Below are positions 28,764-39,237 of a stretch of 64,000 nt of DNA, piece after piece. This stretch comes from an uncultured Planctomycetota bacterium. GTDB taxonomy: Bacteria > Planctomycetota > Planctomycetia > Isosphaerales > Isosphaeraceae. Within the stretch, counting starts at the first letter, position 1. Every line of letters starts with the position of its first letter. Under the pieces are notes generated by a model. The model was given only the letters and a program-made list of their open reading frames with translations, searched no databases and was not told the DNA's origin. The DNA is taken from contig CAWJTV010000006.1 in NCBI GenBank assembly GCA_963845755.1, forward strand, positions 1-64,000, read 5' to 3'. The translations under genes were made by a program, and so were the position numbers.

Positions 28764-30274
28764 ATGACCAAGGACATCCAGGTTCTCAAGCTTCGCCAGC
28801 TTCTCGGCGAGGGAATGCCGCTCTACCGTGCGGCTTGGAAGGTGGGTATGGACGCCAAGACCGCTCAAAAGTACCGAGACTCGGATCGCCTGCCCAGTGA
28901 ATCGTGGACTCCCAAGACCTGGCGGACCCGGGAGGATCCGTTCCAGGAAGTCTGGCCGGAACTCCACGATCGGCTGGTGCTCAACCCGGGGCTCCAAGCC
29001 AAGACCCTGTTTGAGGATCTTCAGCATCGCTTCCCGGGCCGGTTCCCCGACGGCCAGCTCCGGACCTTGCAACGGAAGATCAAAGCGTGGCGGGCCACCG
29101 ACGGTCCACCCAAGGAGGTTTTCTTCGATCAGATCCACACGCCCGGCGCGTTGGCGCCTCCGACTTCACTTCCCTGAACGATTTGCAGGTCACACTCGCT
29201 GGCCAATCGTTCGATCACCTGGTCTATCACTTCGTTCTGACCTACTCCAACTGGGAGACCGGCACCGTCTGTTTCTCCGAAAGTTTCGAGAGCCTCAGCC
29301 AGGGGCTCCAGAACGCCCTTTGGGAACTGGGAGGGGTTCCCCAGACTCATCGCACCGATCGGCTCACGGCCGCGGTCAACAACCTCGGCGATCGGGACTT
29401 GTTCCAGCAACGATACCGCGCCTTGATGGCCCACTATGGCATGGCACCTCAAGCCATCCAGGCTGGTAAGGCCAACCAGAACGGAGACGCCGAACAGAGT
29501 CATAACCGGTTCAAACAAGCGATGGATCAGGCCCTGATGTTGCGCAGCGGCCGCGATTTCGCCGACCGAGCAGCCTACGAGCTGTTCCTTCGCCAGGTCT
29601 TCGCTCAGCGCAACAGCGGACGGATCCCGCGGTTCACCGAGGAACGACTGTTGCTGAAGGACCTCCCCTCGCGGCGGGTGGACGCCTGGCACCGGCGCCG
29701 GGTGCGGGTCACCCAGGGGAGTACGATCCGGGTTGGCTCCAACACCTACTCGGTGCCGAGCCGACTCATCGGTGAACAGGTCGATGTCCATGTGATGGCG
29801 GAATGCCTGGAGGTGTGGCACGGCGCGGTGCTGATTGAAAAGGTCCCTCGGCAGCGCGGCCACAACAAACACGTGATTAACTATCGGCACGTGATCGACT
29901 GGTTGGTGCGCAAGCCGGGGGCGTTCGCGGCCTATCGGCACCGGGACGCGATGTTCCCAACCGGCCGGTTTCGCCGAGCCTACGACGTCTTGCTGGCACA
30001 AAGCCCGGCCCGCGCCACCAAGGATTATCTCCGGATCCTGGAGTTGGCGGCGAAGGAGTCGGAAGTCGGGGTTGACGCCGTCCTGGGCCGGCTCTTGGAC
30101 GGGAACATGCCGATCACCCCGACCGTCGTCACGGAGCACCTGGGTCACGACCTGGGCCTGCCTCGCGCGATGGAGGTGGTCGTCACGACGGTGGATTTGT
30201 CGATGTACGACCTGTTACTCGAGACCAGGGAGGATATTCCATCAGTAAGCCAATCGATGTGCATGAGTCTCTGA
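28764..30274 (+). CDS. istA: IS21 transposase (frameshift near 29150)
   Basis: HTH N-terminus, 'SDFT', 'HRTDRLTAAV', 'NGDAEQSH', 'NTYSVPSRLIG'. Confidence 0.9.
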
Positions 30275-31035
30275 CGGACTGCCTTCGCGAGCTCCACCTG
30301 CCGACGATCCGGCAGGCGTACGAATCGGCGGCGGCACGAGCCCGTCAGGAGTTGACCAGTTACGAACGTTACCTCCTGGATCTGGCGGAGCGCGAGTGCG
30401 AGTCGCGGCGTTCCCACCGGGTCGAGCGGTTGTTGCGAGAATCGAGGCTGTTCATGGAAAAGAACCTGTCAAGCCTGGACCTGAAGCGACTGCCGTCCAA
30501 GGCGGCGCAGCAGGTCAGAACTCTGCTCGAAGGCGATTTTGTTGGACGAAATGACAATGTGCTCATATTCGGGAATCCCGGCAGTGGCAAGAGCCACGTG
30601 GCGTGCGCGATCGGGCAGGAACTGATCCGCTCGGGGCGGAAGGTGATGTTCGCGACGTGCGCCTTGATGGTTCAAGATCTGTTGGCCGCGAAGCGCGACC
30701 TGAAGCTGCGCGGTTTTCTCAAGAAGATTTCCCGATATGAGGTGCTGATCCTTGACGATATTGGATACGTACAATACAGCCGGGACGAGATGGAGGTGCT
30801 CTTCAACCTGCTGGCGGAACGGTACGAGCGCGGGAGCGTGATGCTGACGAGCAACCTGCCGTTTTCGGGATGGGAGGCGATCTTCAAGGATCCGATGACG
30901 ACCGCCGCCGCCATCGACCGGCTGGTGCACCATAGCGTGATCGTGGAGTTGAACGTTCCGAGCTACCGAGCCGAGCAGGCCAAGAAGTCGCGTCAAAAGC
31001 CGGTGGAACCGACAGACGCACGAGAGGAGGGATGA
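30259..31035 (+). CDS. istB: IS21 helper ATPase
   Basis: GNPGSGKSH, LILDDIGY, TSN, AAIDRLVHH. Confidence 0.95.
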   Translation: MHESLTDCLRELHLPTIRQAYESAAARARQELTSYERYLLDLAERECESRRSHRVERLLRESRLFMEKNLSSLDLKRLPSKAAQQVRTLLEGDFVGRNDNVLIFGNPGSGKSHVACAIGQELIRSGRKVMFATCALMVQDLLAAKRDLKLRGFLKKISRYEVLILDDIGYVQYSRDEMEVLFNLLAERYERGSVMLTSNLPFSGWEAIFKDPMTTAAAIDRLVHHSVIVELNVPSYRAEQAKKSRQKPVEPTDAREEG

Positions 31036-31295
31036 ACGAGCGCAGGAATGGTTGATCCCAGAGGCGAGAGGGATGGTCAATTGGCCAGAATCCCAGGGGC
31101 TTGTACACTATGGCCGAGTAGGGAATTCTAATTGTCGTTGACAGGGAAATCTAATTGTCGCTAATCAGGCGGGATCGCCTAAAGGGGGAGACCCCCATGG
31201 CGACGGAGCCCCCGTAGTAGTCCGAGACCGGGAAAGCCGGCCACATGGCGAAGGGGGGCAGGTGAGACGGATGGGAGCCTGTGGAGACACGTGAG

Positions 31296-31936
31296 ATGCG
31301 TACCATCGACACAGTGCTGGCCATCCACGGAGATCGAGGGTTCCGAGGTGTTCCTCTGGAACGAGTCTACAAACACCTGTTCGACCCCGAACTCATGCTC
31401 CGAGCCTACGGTAAGATCTACCGGAACGCCGGGGCCATGACCAAGGGCGCCACACCTGAAACAGTGGATGGTATGTGTCTCCAGAAGATCCAGAACATCA
31501 TCGGACTGCTTCGGCGGAACCAATATGTCTGGACGCCCGTTCGCCGAACGGAGATTCCCAAGGCAAACGGAAAGAGACGCCCGCTCGGCATTACTGCGTG
31601 GAGCGACAAACTCCTCCAGGAAGCCCTGCGAACACTCCTGGAACCATACTACGAACGGCGGTTCAGTTCTCACTCCCATGGCTTCCGGCCCGAACAGGGA
31701 TGCCACACGGCTCTCCGCGAAATCCAGAGGACGTGGAAGGGAACGACCTGGTTCATCGAAGGTGACATCAAAGGTTGTTTTGACAATATTGATCATGAAA
31801 TCATGATGTCTATCGTCCAACGAGATATCCACGACGACCGGCTCGTCCAACTGATCCGTGGTCTGCTCAAAGCAGGATATATGGAGGACTGGCGATATAA
31901 TGAGACGCTCAGCGGTACACCGCAGGGCGGTATCAC
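31296..31936 (+). pseudogene. ltrA: Group II intron reverse transcriptase 1, domains 0-4 only
   Basis: 'IPKANGKRRPLGI', 'SHGFRP', 'FIEGDIKGCFDNIDH', ends at 'GTPQGGI'; no YADD. Confidence 0.95.
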
Positions 31937-33953
31937 CACGCCCCCAACAATGTTGCAAAACTGTCCCTGATCCCCGACTCTGTCATTTCCCGATCGCGGC
32001 TCCGACCGAAGTATGGGCAAGGATGGCAGCCCGGGCTCGATCCCCGTCCAAGGCAGGCTGACAGCCGCGGTCTTGGAGAGGATGAGTCAACATGATTACA
32101 TCTCAACGGAGGTCAGCCCTGAGCCCTCCCGTCACCCGCCATTTCGAGTTCACCCGGTTTCAGGATGAGGCGATCGCGCTGGCATACCAGGCCTTGATCC
32201 CGGTCGTTTCTCGCCACCGGGAACGGTCGCGATCGCGATCTCACGACAACGAGCAGGCCACCACAACGATGCAGGGACTCCGATCAAAGGCCAGAGGAGC
32301 TTGACCCGTCATGCTCAATTGCGATCTCTGTGTGGGGACCTATGGCCGGGTCTCCGGGGACCAACAGTCCAAGGAGGACACGATCGCCAGCCAGCTTGAG
32401 GCGATCAGGCAGCGCGTCGCGAGCGACGGCTTGGTATGCTCCCCCGAGCTGTGCTTCGTGGACGATGGCTACACCGGGGATACCCTGGTCCACCCGGGCC
32501 TCGAACGACTTCGGGACCAGGCCGCTGCTGGGACCATCGATCGCCTCTACATTCTCGATCCCGATCGACTTTCACGCAAATATGCCTATCAGGTTTTGAT
32601 ACTCGAGGAACTGGCCCGGTGCGGCGTTGAGGTCGTCTTCCTGCACTCCCCTGGGCCACGGACCCGAAGAGAACCTGCTTGTGCAGGTCCAGGGCATGAT
32701 CGCCGAATACGAGCGTGCCAAGATCATGGAGCGGTGTCGCCGAGGCAAGCAGTACGCCGCCCGCCACGGCTCGGTCAACGTGCTCAGCGGCGCGCCGTAT
32801 GGCTACCGCTACATCGGCAAGCATGAGGGCGGCGGCGCGGCGCGTTATCAGGTCGTGGCCGACAAGGCGCGGATCGTGCGGAAGATCTTCGGGTGGGTCG
32901 GCCAGGAACGATGCTCGATCGGTGAGGTTTGCCGACGTCTGCAACGCGACGGCGTCCCCACGCGGACGGGCAAATCGGCCTGGGACCGCTCGGTGATCTG
33001 GTCGTATCTCAGGAACCCTGCCTACAAGGGGACGGCCGGCTTCGGCAAGACGCCGCGCGGCGCCCTCAAGCCGAAGCGGCTGCGAGCGCAACGCGGCCGT
33101 CCTGAGCAGCCCCGGCGTCCTGTCTCTCGGGTCGATACATCCGCGCAAGAACAAATCTTCATCGATGTCCCCGGTTTGGTGAGCGAGGAACTCTTCGGGA
33201 CGGTTCAAGCTCAACTCGAGGAGAACCGGCAACGCCGGCGCGAACGGCTCCGTGGCGACCGCTATCTCCTCCAGGGGTTAGTTGTCTGCAAACGGTGCGG
33301 CTACGGCTGCTACGGCAAGCCGGTGAGCCGGGCCTCGGCCAAGGGGAAGGTCCCCTACGCCTACTACCGCTGCACCGGCTCCGACGCCTATCGTTTCGGT
33401 GGCCAGCGACTGTGTTGGAACAAGCAGGTCCGCACGGATGTCTTGGACGCCGCCGTCTGGGAAGATGTGCGTCATCTCTTGTCCGAGCCCGAACGGGTTC
33501 GAGTGGAGTACGAACGGCGGCGGCACGGGCCGGAGACAGGCCCAGACCGCGAGGTGAAGCATCTCAACAAATTGATTGCGAATCTAAAAAAGATGATCGC
33601 TCGATTGATCGATGCCTACGGCGAGGGATTACTTAACAAGTCGGAGTTCGAGCCGAGGATCTTGGCAGCGCGCGAGCGCCTGGCCAAACTAGAGGATGAG
33701 TGTCGGCAGCAGATTGACGAGGCCAACCAGGAAGCCGAACTGCGGCTGGTGATCGGCCAGTTGGAGGAGTTCGCGAGACGCGTTTCCCAGGAGTTGCACG
33801 AGCCGGACTGGGCCACGCGACGGGCGATCGTTCGGGCTTTGGTGAAGCAGGTCGAGATCGACGAGCAGGAGGTCCGCATCGTGTATCGGATCAGTCCGTC
33901 CCCTTTTGAGGGAGGCCCCCAACAGGGTTCTTTGCAACATTGTTGGGGGCGTG
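31937..33953 (+). mobile_element. LSR element A (2017 bp): small ORF plus large serine recombinase
   Basis: Perfect 23-bp inverted ends CACGCCCCCAACAATGTTGCAAA (31937-31959) and TTTGCAACATTGTTGGGGGCGTG (33931-33953). Confidence 0.85.
32092..32304 (+). CDS. Small protein upstream of the recombinase
   Basis: 70 aa 'RHFEFTRFQDEAIALAYQALIP'; GAGGA RBS; AGGAG near its end serves the recombinase. Confidence 0.6.
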   Translation: MITSQRRSALSPPVTRHFEFTRFQDEAIALAYQALIPVVSRHRERSRSRSHDNEQATTTMQGLRSKARGA

Positions 33954-34204
33954 ATCGGCGAGCCCTGGGGGCTCCCTCTCCCCTCGTCCTTGTTCCGGGT
34001 GGTCCGATGACGATGGCCCCGCGCGTCGGTCTCTTCCACCGGTGCCTCCAGCCACATCTTGATCAGCTTCAGGACGAAGCGGTCGCTGATGCGCCGGGAC
34101 AGCGATTTCATCAACTCGGCATGGGGTATCGCGTCGAACGAAACCCTACCTTGATACCTCATTCAACAAGCCACTCGCGTCCACGCCCGAGGAGATCGAG
34201 GTAA
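32311..34204 (+). CDS. Large serine recombinase A (frameshift near 32650; reads through the right att site)
   Basis: 'YGRVS' catalytic Ser, 'DPDRLSR', 'APYGY', 'LRNPAYKG', Zn-ribbon CKRC..C..C, coiled coil. Residues after 33953 come from antisense RT sequence. Confidence 0.9.
33954..34138 (-). pseudogene. ltrA: Group II intron RT 2, middle piece (domain 3 to 4)
   Basis: 'FDAIPHAELMKSLSRRISDRFVLKLIKMWLEAPV...GSPQGSPI'. Confidence 0.9.
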
Positions 34205-34476
34205 CCGACCCGACTCATCCCCTCTTCGGTCGCCACTTCCCCGTCCTCTCGGTCTGCCGGCCACCCCACGGCACCCCGTTCGTGCTCGTGGCCTATCGCG
34301 ACGCGATGCGGCTGCGCATCCCACTGTCTTCGACCAGCCTGGCACCGAGCCCGATCCACCCTCCTCGGACAAGATGGACCGCGGAAGCCATCCAGGAACT
34401 TCTTTCCTTGGTCACGGAGGGTGACACGTCATGCCCCAAGCCCAAGACGTCTGGTCAGTGCTCCCGTCAGCCCTGA
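34139..34476 (+). CDS. DUF5372/Y4bD-like small protein; lacks its start codon in the integrated state
   Basis: 'EEIEVTDPTHPLFGRHFPVLSV...'. No ATG/GTG/TTG between the in-frame TGA at 34087 and 34282. Confidence 0.6.
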
Positions 34477-34664
34477 GACAGCAGGTGATCGACGACATCA
34501 CGGCCATCTACGCGGAGGTTATCCATGAGCATTTCCGAACACATTACCCCGTTCCATCTCGGCCGCAAGGCCCTGATCTATGTCCGCCAGTCCAACCCAC
34601 ATCAGGTCCTCACCCACCAGGAGAGCCGTCGTCTTCAGTACGCCCTCCAGCAGCGGGCTCGTGA
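34431..34664 (+). CDS. Small hypothetical protein overlapping the recombinase start
   Basis: GGAGG RBS; 'VWSVLPSALRQQVIDDITAIYAEVIHEH'. Confidence 0.4.
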   Translation: MPQAQDVWSVLPSALRQQVIDDITAIYAEVIHEHFRTHYPVPSRPQGPDLCPPVQPTSGPHPPGEPSSSVRPPAAGS

Positions 34665-36571
34665 GTGTGGCTGGGCGGCCCGAGGACATCGAGATCATCG
34701 ACGCCGACCTCGGCCAGACGGCCAGCACCACTCAAGGCCGGCAGGGATTCCAGGAGATCGTCACTCGGGTCACCCTCGACCAGGTCGGCATCATCTTCTC
34801 TTATGATGTCACCCGACTGTCACGCAACTGCACCGAATGGTACCCAGTCCTCGACCTCTGTGGATTCCGCCGTTGCCTCATCGGCGACCGAGACGGGATC
34901 TACGACCCCGCTACAATCAACGGTCGCCTCTTGCTCGGGCTGAAGGGCCAGATCTCCGAGCTGGAGCTTCATACGATCAAGGCTCGCTTGACGGCCGGCC
35001 TGCTCAACAAGGCACAGCGCGGCGAGCTGGCCCTGTCCCTCCCCGTGGGACTAACACGCGACCCACTGGGCCGCGTCGTGAAGCGACCGGATCGCGAAGT
35101 CCAGGACCGCCTCGACCTCGTCTTCGCCACCTTTCTCCGCATCCGCACCCTCAGTGGGGTCGTCCGTGCATTTCGAGATGAGGACTTGTTGCTACCTCGA
35201 CATGACGACTTCGGCGAAGTCGTCTGGCGCCGCCCAACCGTCCCCTCCGTCCGCTCCATCCTGAAGAACCCGGCGTACGCCGGGTCATTCGTCTACGGCC
35301 GCACCCGGACCGTGAGAGACGGCCCGGGCCGTCGGCCGGTCCAGAAGCCGTTGCCGATGTCCGAGTGGCGAATCCATATCCGGGATATCTATCCCCCCTA
35401 CATCGATTGGGCCACTTATGAGAAGATCCAGGGCATGATCCGCGACAACCACAGCGAATACGATCGGAACCAGACCCGGGGTGTCCCCCGGCCGGGGAAG
35501 GCCCTGCTCCACGGGCTCGTCGCCTGCGGCGAGTGCGGCCACAAGCTGACAGTGCAGTACAAGTTCAAGACGCAATATATTTGCAACTCGATGTGGAAAC
35601 AGCACCGCGCTCCGGTCTGCCAGCGGCTCCCTGCGGACCCGATCGATGACCACGTCGTCCGCCGCTTCTTCGAGGCGTTAGCCCCCGCGGAGTTGGACGT
35701 CTACGACCGGGTCCGGGCCTCGCTCTCGGAAGAACAAGAGCAGATCGGGCGGGCGCGACGGCAGCAACTCGATCGGCTCCGCTACCAGGCTCGACTCGCC
35801 GAGCATCAGTACCAAAAGGCCGACCCCGACAACCGCCTCGTGGCCGCCGAGCTGGAGCGCCGATGGGAGGTGGCTCTGCGGGAGTTGAAAGAGGCCGAAG
35901 AGGCATGGGAACGCGAGCAACACGAACAAGCGACACTGGAGCGTCTCGACCCCGAGACACGGCGGGCACTTACCGAAGCCGGGGAACGAATCCCGGAATG
36001 GTGGCGGGCCGACCGTTTCTCGCAGGAACAGAAGAAGGCGCTACTCCGGAGCCTGATCGACAAGGTCGTCGTCCAACGTACGGCGCCGGACATCGTGCGC
36101 TGCCGGGTTGTCTGGAAGGGAGGTGAGACGACGGACGCCGACCTCGCGGTCACAGTCGGTGCCTGGTCACGCCTGTCAGGCGGCCAAGTGATGGAGCAGA
36201 CGATCCTGGAACTGGCCCGGCAAGGAAAGACCGACCAGGAGATCGCCCGGAGATTGACCGAGGAAGGCCACCGTTCGCCACGGCATGCAATCGTCCTGCC
36301 GAGTACGGTCCAGGCCATCCGTCTGCACCATCGCCTGTACCGCGACCGGAGACGAGCACATCCGCGGCGGATCGCGGGGTTCCTGACCGTGCCGCAACTC
36401 GCCTCGAAGTTGAAGCTTCCCCGAAGCTGGATCTACGACCGCATCCACAATTGCAAGATTCAAGTTGATCTCGATGCCACATGGAAGCTCTATCTGTTCC
36501 CCGACAACCCTGAGACTCTCACCCGGTTTCGGCAACTCGTGGCTGGGAAGCTCAACACCTTACGTTTTTAG
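34525..36571 (+). CDS. Large serine recombinase B (frameshift near 34680)
   Basis: 'ALIYVRQS', 'DVTRLSRN', 'LLLGLKGQISELE', 'LKNPAYAG', CGECG..C..C, C-terminal HTH-like regions. Confidence 0.9.
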
Positions 36572-36591
36572 GAGGGCATCAAGATGCCGTC

Positions 36592-37109
36592 TCGAAGTAA
36601 CCGGAAAGATCGCCGTCGACCACCTCGGTATGCCCGTTCCGGACCAGCCGTTCGACTTGCCTCACGGCGTCGAGGGCGCTCCGTCCTGGGCGATACCCGT
36701 ATTGCTCCGGCTCCAGGTCGGCCTCGAAGATCGGCTCCAAGACCAGCACCGCGGCCATCTGCGCTACGCGGTCCTTGATGCAGGGAATCCCCAGCGGCCT
36801 TTGCTTGCCATCCGGTTTAGGGATGTACACGCGTCGGATCGGCTGGGGTGAGTACGTCCGCTTCTTGAGGTCGTCCGCCAATTCGTCCAGCCATCGGTCC
36901 AGTCCGTATGCTTCGATGTCGTCGAACGTCTGGCCATCGACCCCGGCGGCGCCACCGTTGGCACGGCAGCGGGCGTAGGCTTCCTCCAGGACGTCGCGGC
37001 GATAGACCTTGTCATACAGCGCATAGAACCGATAGTCAGGCGACCCCTTCGCTTTGGTGTGCAACGCCGTCTGGAGTTTCTGAACCGTCGGTGGAGGTGC
37101 TAGGCTCAT
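36592..37109 (-). pseudogene. ltrA: Group II intron RT 2, N-terminal piece
   Basis: 'GAAGVDG', 'YIPKPDGKQRPLGIPCIKDRVAQ', 'YGYRPGRS', 'VDGDLSGYF'. Confidence 0.95.
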
Positions 37110-37770
37110 TGCCAATCTCCTGGCTCTCATGCCCCTTGTGACGCTGACCTTGAACTGAGGCCCCTTTGCTCCGCCGGCGTTACCCGGCTTCCTCGCTCAT
37201 ACGGGCCTCTCCGCCACCTCGGGCGGCCCGACCTGGCCCTCGCGGGTTGTCGGTTGAGGGTCACGCGCCCTCACCGCCGAGGCTTCCCGTGTTGCGTCGG
37301 ATCTCCTCTGCAGGCATGCCACCGCCAATACCCCGGTGGAACCCTGGGAGCGTGTCGCGTCGTGAGGGGTAACCCCCTCTGTCTCCCAGGACGGCGGCCT
37401 TCCCCGTATAGCAACCGGGTCGGCTTCCACATCGGGTTGTTTCGGGGCTTGCACGGCGTTCACTGTCGTTGCGGCCTGCCTGCTCGCCGAACCGCCACAG
37501 CGGCCCGTTGTCTCGAAGGCTTCGACGGCTTTGTCACCTCCGCCGCCGCTCCGATCGCTACCGGATGGAGCGACCAGTTTTCCGGGCGGGATTCGCACCC
37601 GCTGAAGATCCGAGCCTTTTCACGGCGCACTGCTATCGGAACCCCAGCCCGCGTTCGGTGAGTTGGTCCAACAAGGTATCCAGGAGGAGCTGTCCGGCTT
37701 GGCCATTGACCAGGCGAGCGCGGAACTCGCTGAGCACGGTGTGGTTGAACCCAGGATCGTCCAGTTCTAG

Positions 37771-39236
37771 TACTACTCCGTTAAAATTTCCATTTGTTGG
37801 GTGTAGAGATGAGCACAAGGGTGGCAATACGGACAATCCGGTCGCGCCCGTGGGCTCAGCAACCGCTGCAAGGCGCGACGGATCGCCGGCAAGGTGATCC
37901 GTCGCGCCTTATCCCCTTTTTTTCTCGGCACGGCCGGGTGCTCTTTCTCTCGAAGTTGTTCCAGGACCAGGAAACCGAACGCCAACATCACCAGGCAGAC
38001 ATGGTGATGGAAGCCGCGCCACGAACGGCCCTCGAAATGATCCAGACCCAACTCCTCCTTCATCTGTTGGTAGCCTTGCTCGACCGGCCATCGGCTCTTC
38101 CACAATCGGACCGCCCGCAGCCGCGGGGTGTCGGCCGGCAGGTTGCTGAAGGCGTACTTCAACGTGCCGTCGGCCTGCCGCTCGATCAACAGCCAAATCG
38201 GCTCGGCCCCGGCACAGTCGCCCGTGGCCCAGCCGCCGCCGGGCCAGACCCGCAACCAGGCGAAGTGGCCCGACAGCTTCCCTTTGGTCCCCTCGCGCCA
38301 GGTCACCTTGTGCAGGGTCGTCCGTGCCGCCAGGTCCTTCAGGCTCACGGGCCGGGGGGTACCCTCGGCCAACCGGGGCCGCCGCCGCGGCCGTCCGCCC
38401 GTCCCCTCAGGCCGCGCCGCTGGCCCGGGTGGCTCCCACTGAGGCTCGGCGGTGAAGACGACCATCTCGTCGGTGACACCCACGATGTACGCCAGCCCAC
38501 GAGCGGCCAACCCCTTGCGAAAGTCCTCCGAGACCCCGTAACCGGCGTCGGCCACGGCGAGCCACCCCGGCAGCCCTTCGCCGCGCACCATGTCCAGCAA
38601 TCCCAAGGCGATCTCGCCTTTGGTCTGGGCTCGACGGACGGCCTCCGGAACACCCGCCGCGCCCAGTCGCTTCGGATCCTGGATCCAGGAGTCGGGCAAG
38701 AACAGCCGCATTGCCAACGGATAATGGCCCTTGGGGCTAACGTAGTGGACCGAGGGGGCCACCTGGCAATTGGCCTTCTTGCCCAAGGCCCCGCAATATT
38801 GCCTCTGGACACCGACGGAGTGCTTCCCCTGCTTGGGGAAACCCGTGTCGTCGAAGACGAAGATCCCTTGGGGGCTGGCGAAGGTCTGGGCCAGGTGCTT
38901 TCGATAGTCGCGTGCGAGCTCCTGGTCGTCCCAGGGGCTCTGGTTGACGAACTGCTGGAGGGCCTGCTCCTTGTCCTTGACGTCCAGGTCCGGCGGGAGC
39001 GTGACGCGACCGGAGAGGGGCTCGATGCTCTTGCGTTCGCCGTCCTGGAGCAGCCCTTGGAGAGAGACCCCGCTCCAGGCGGCCTGCGCCTTGTGGGAGA
39101 AGCCATCGCGGAACACGTCCGCATAATCCCGAAGTCGCTCGAGGACTTCGGGCGTCAGTTCGGGGGTGTAAGTCTTGCTCATAATGATCATACGAACAAA
39201 GGCCCCGAGAAGTTCGTAGGATCTAACGGAGTAGTA
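37771..39236 (-). mobile_element. IS701-family element; transposase 39182-37773 intact
   Basis: 13-bp IR TACTACTCCGTTA, CTAG duplication; 'FDDTGFPKQGKHSVGVQRQYCG', 'ADAGYG', 'RWPVEQGYQQMKEELGLDHFEGRSW'. Confidence 0.95.
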
Positions 39237-39237
39237 C

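Larger units (their letters stand above)
28658..31167 (+). mobile_element. IS21-family element
   Basis: TGATTAGCGACAATTAGA...TCTAATTGTCGCTAATCA ends with internal repeats; flanks (T/G)GCGGG; istA and istB inside. Confidence 0.95.
27839..31936 (+). mobile_element. Group II intron 1, 5' half; interrupted by a MITE and IS21, truncated by LSR element A
   Basis: Starts (C)TGCGCCGC. 27921-28040 and 28608-28657 align by eye with domain I of the intron at 61740. 31168-31262 has the DII/DIII motifs (CCCCGTAGTAGTCC...ACATGGCGAAGGG). RT ORF follows. Confidence 0.8.
34139..36591 (+). mobile_element. LSR element B (~2.45 kb)
   Basis: Flanked by direct core TCGAA (34134-34138, 36592-36596); removal restores RT 'DLSGYFDAIPH' in frame; symmetric ATCAAG/CTTGAT arms. 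Confidence 0.85.
33954..37630 (-). mobile_element. Group II intron 2, 5' half (different lineage from intron 1)
   Basis: Starts GTGCGCCGTGAAAAGGC at 37630; ~520 nt structured leader; RT ORF; no domain V/VI left. Confidence 0.85.

Noticed and set aside
31296..37109. RTs as retron, DGR or CRISPR-associated RTs
   Set aside because: Both follow group II intron RNA leaders; no TR/VR pair, msr-msd or cas genes were seen.
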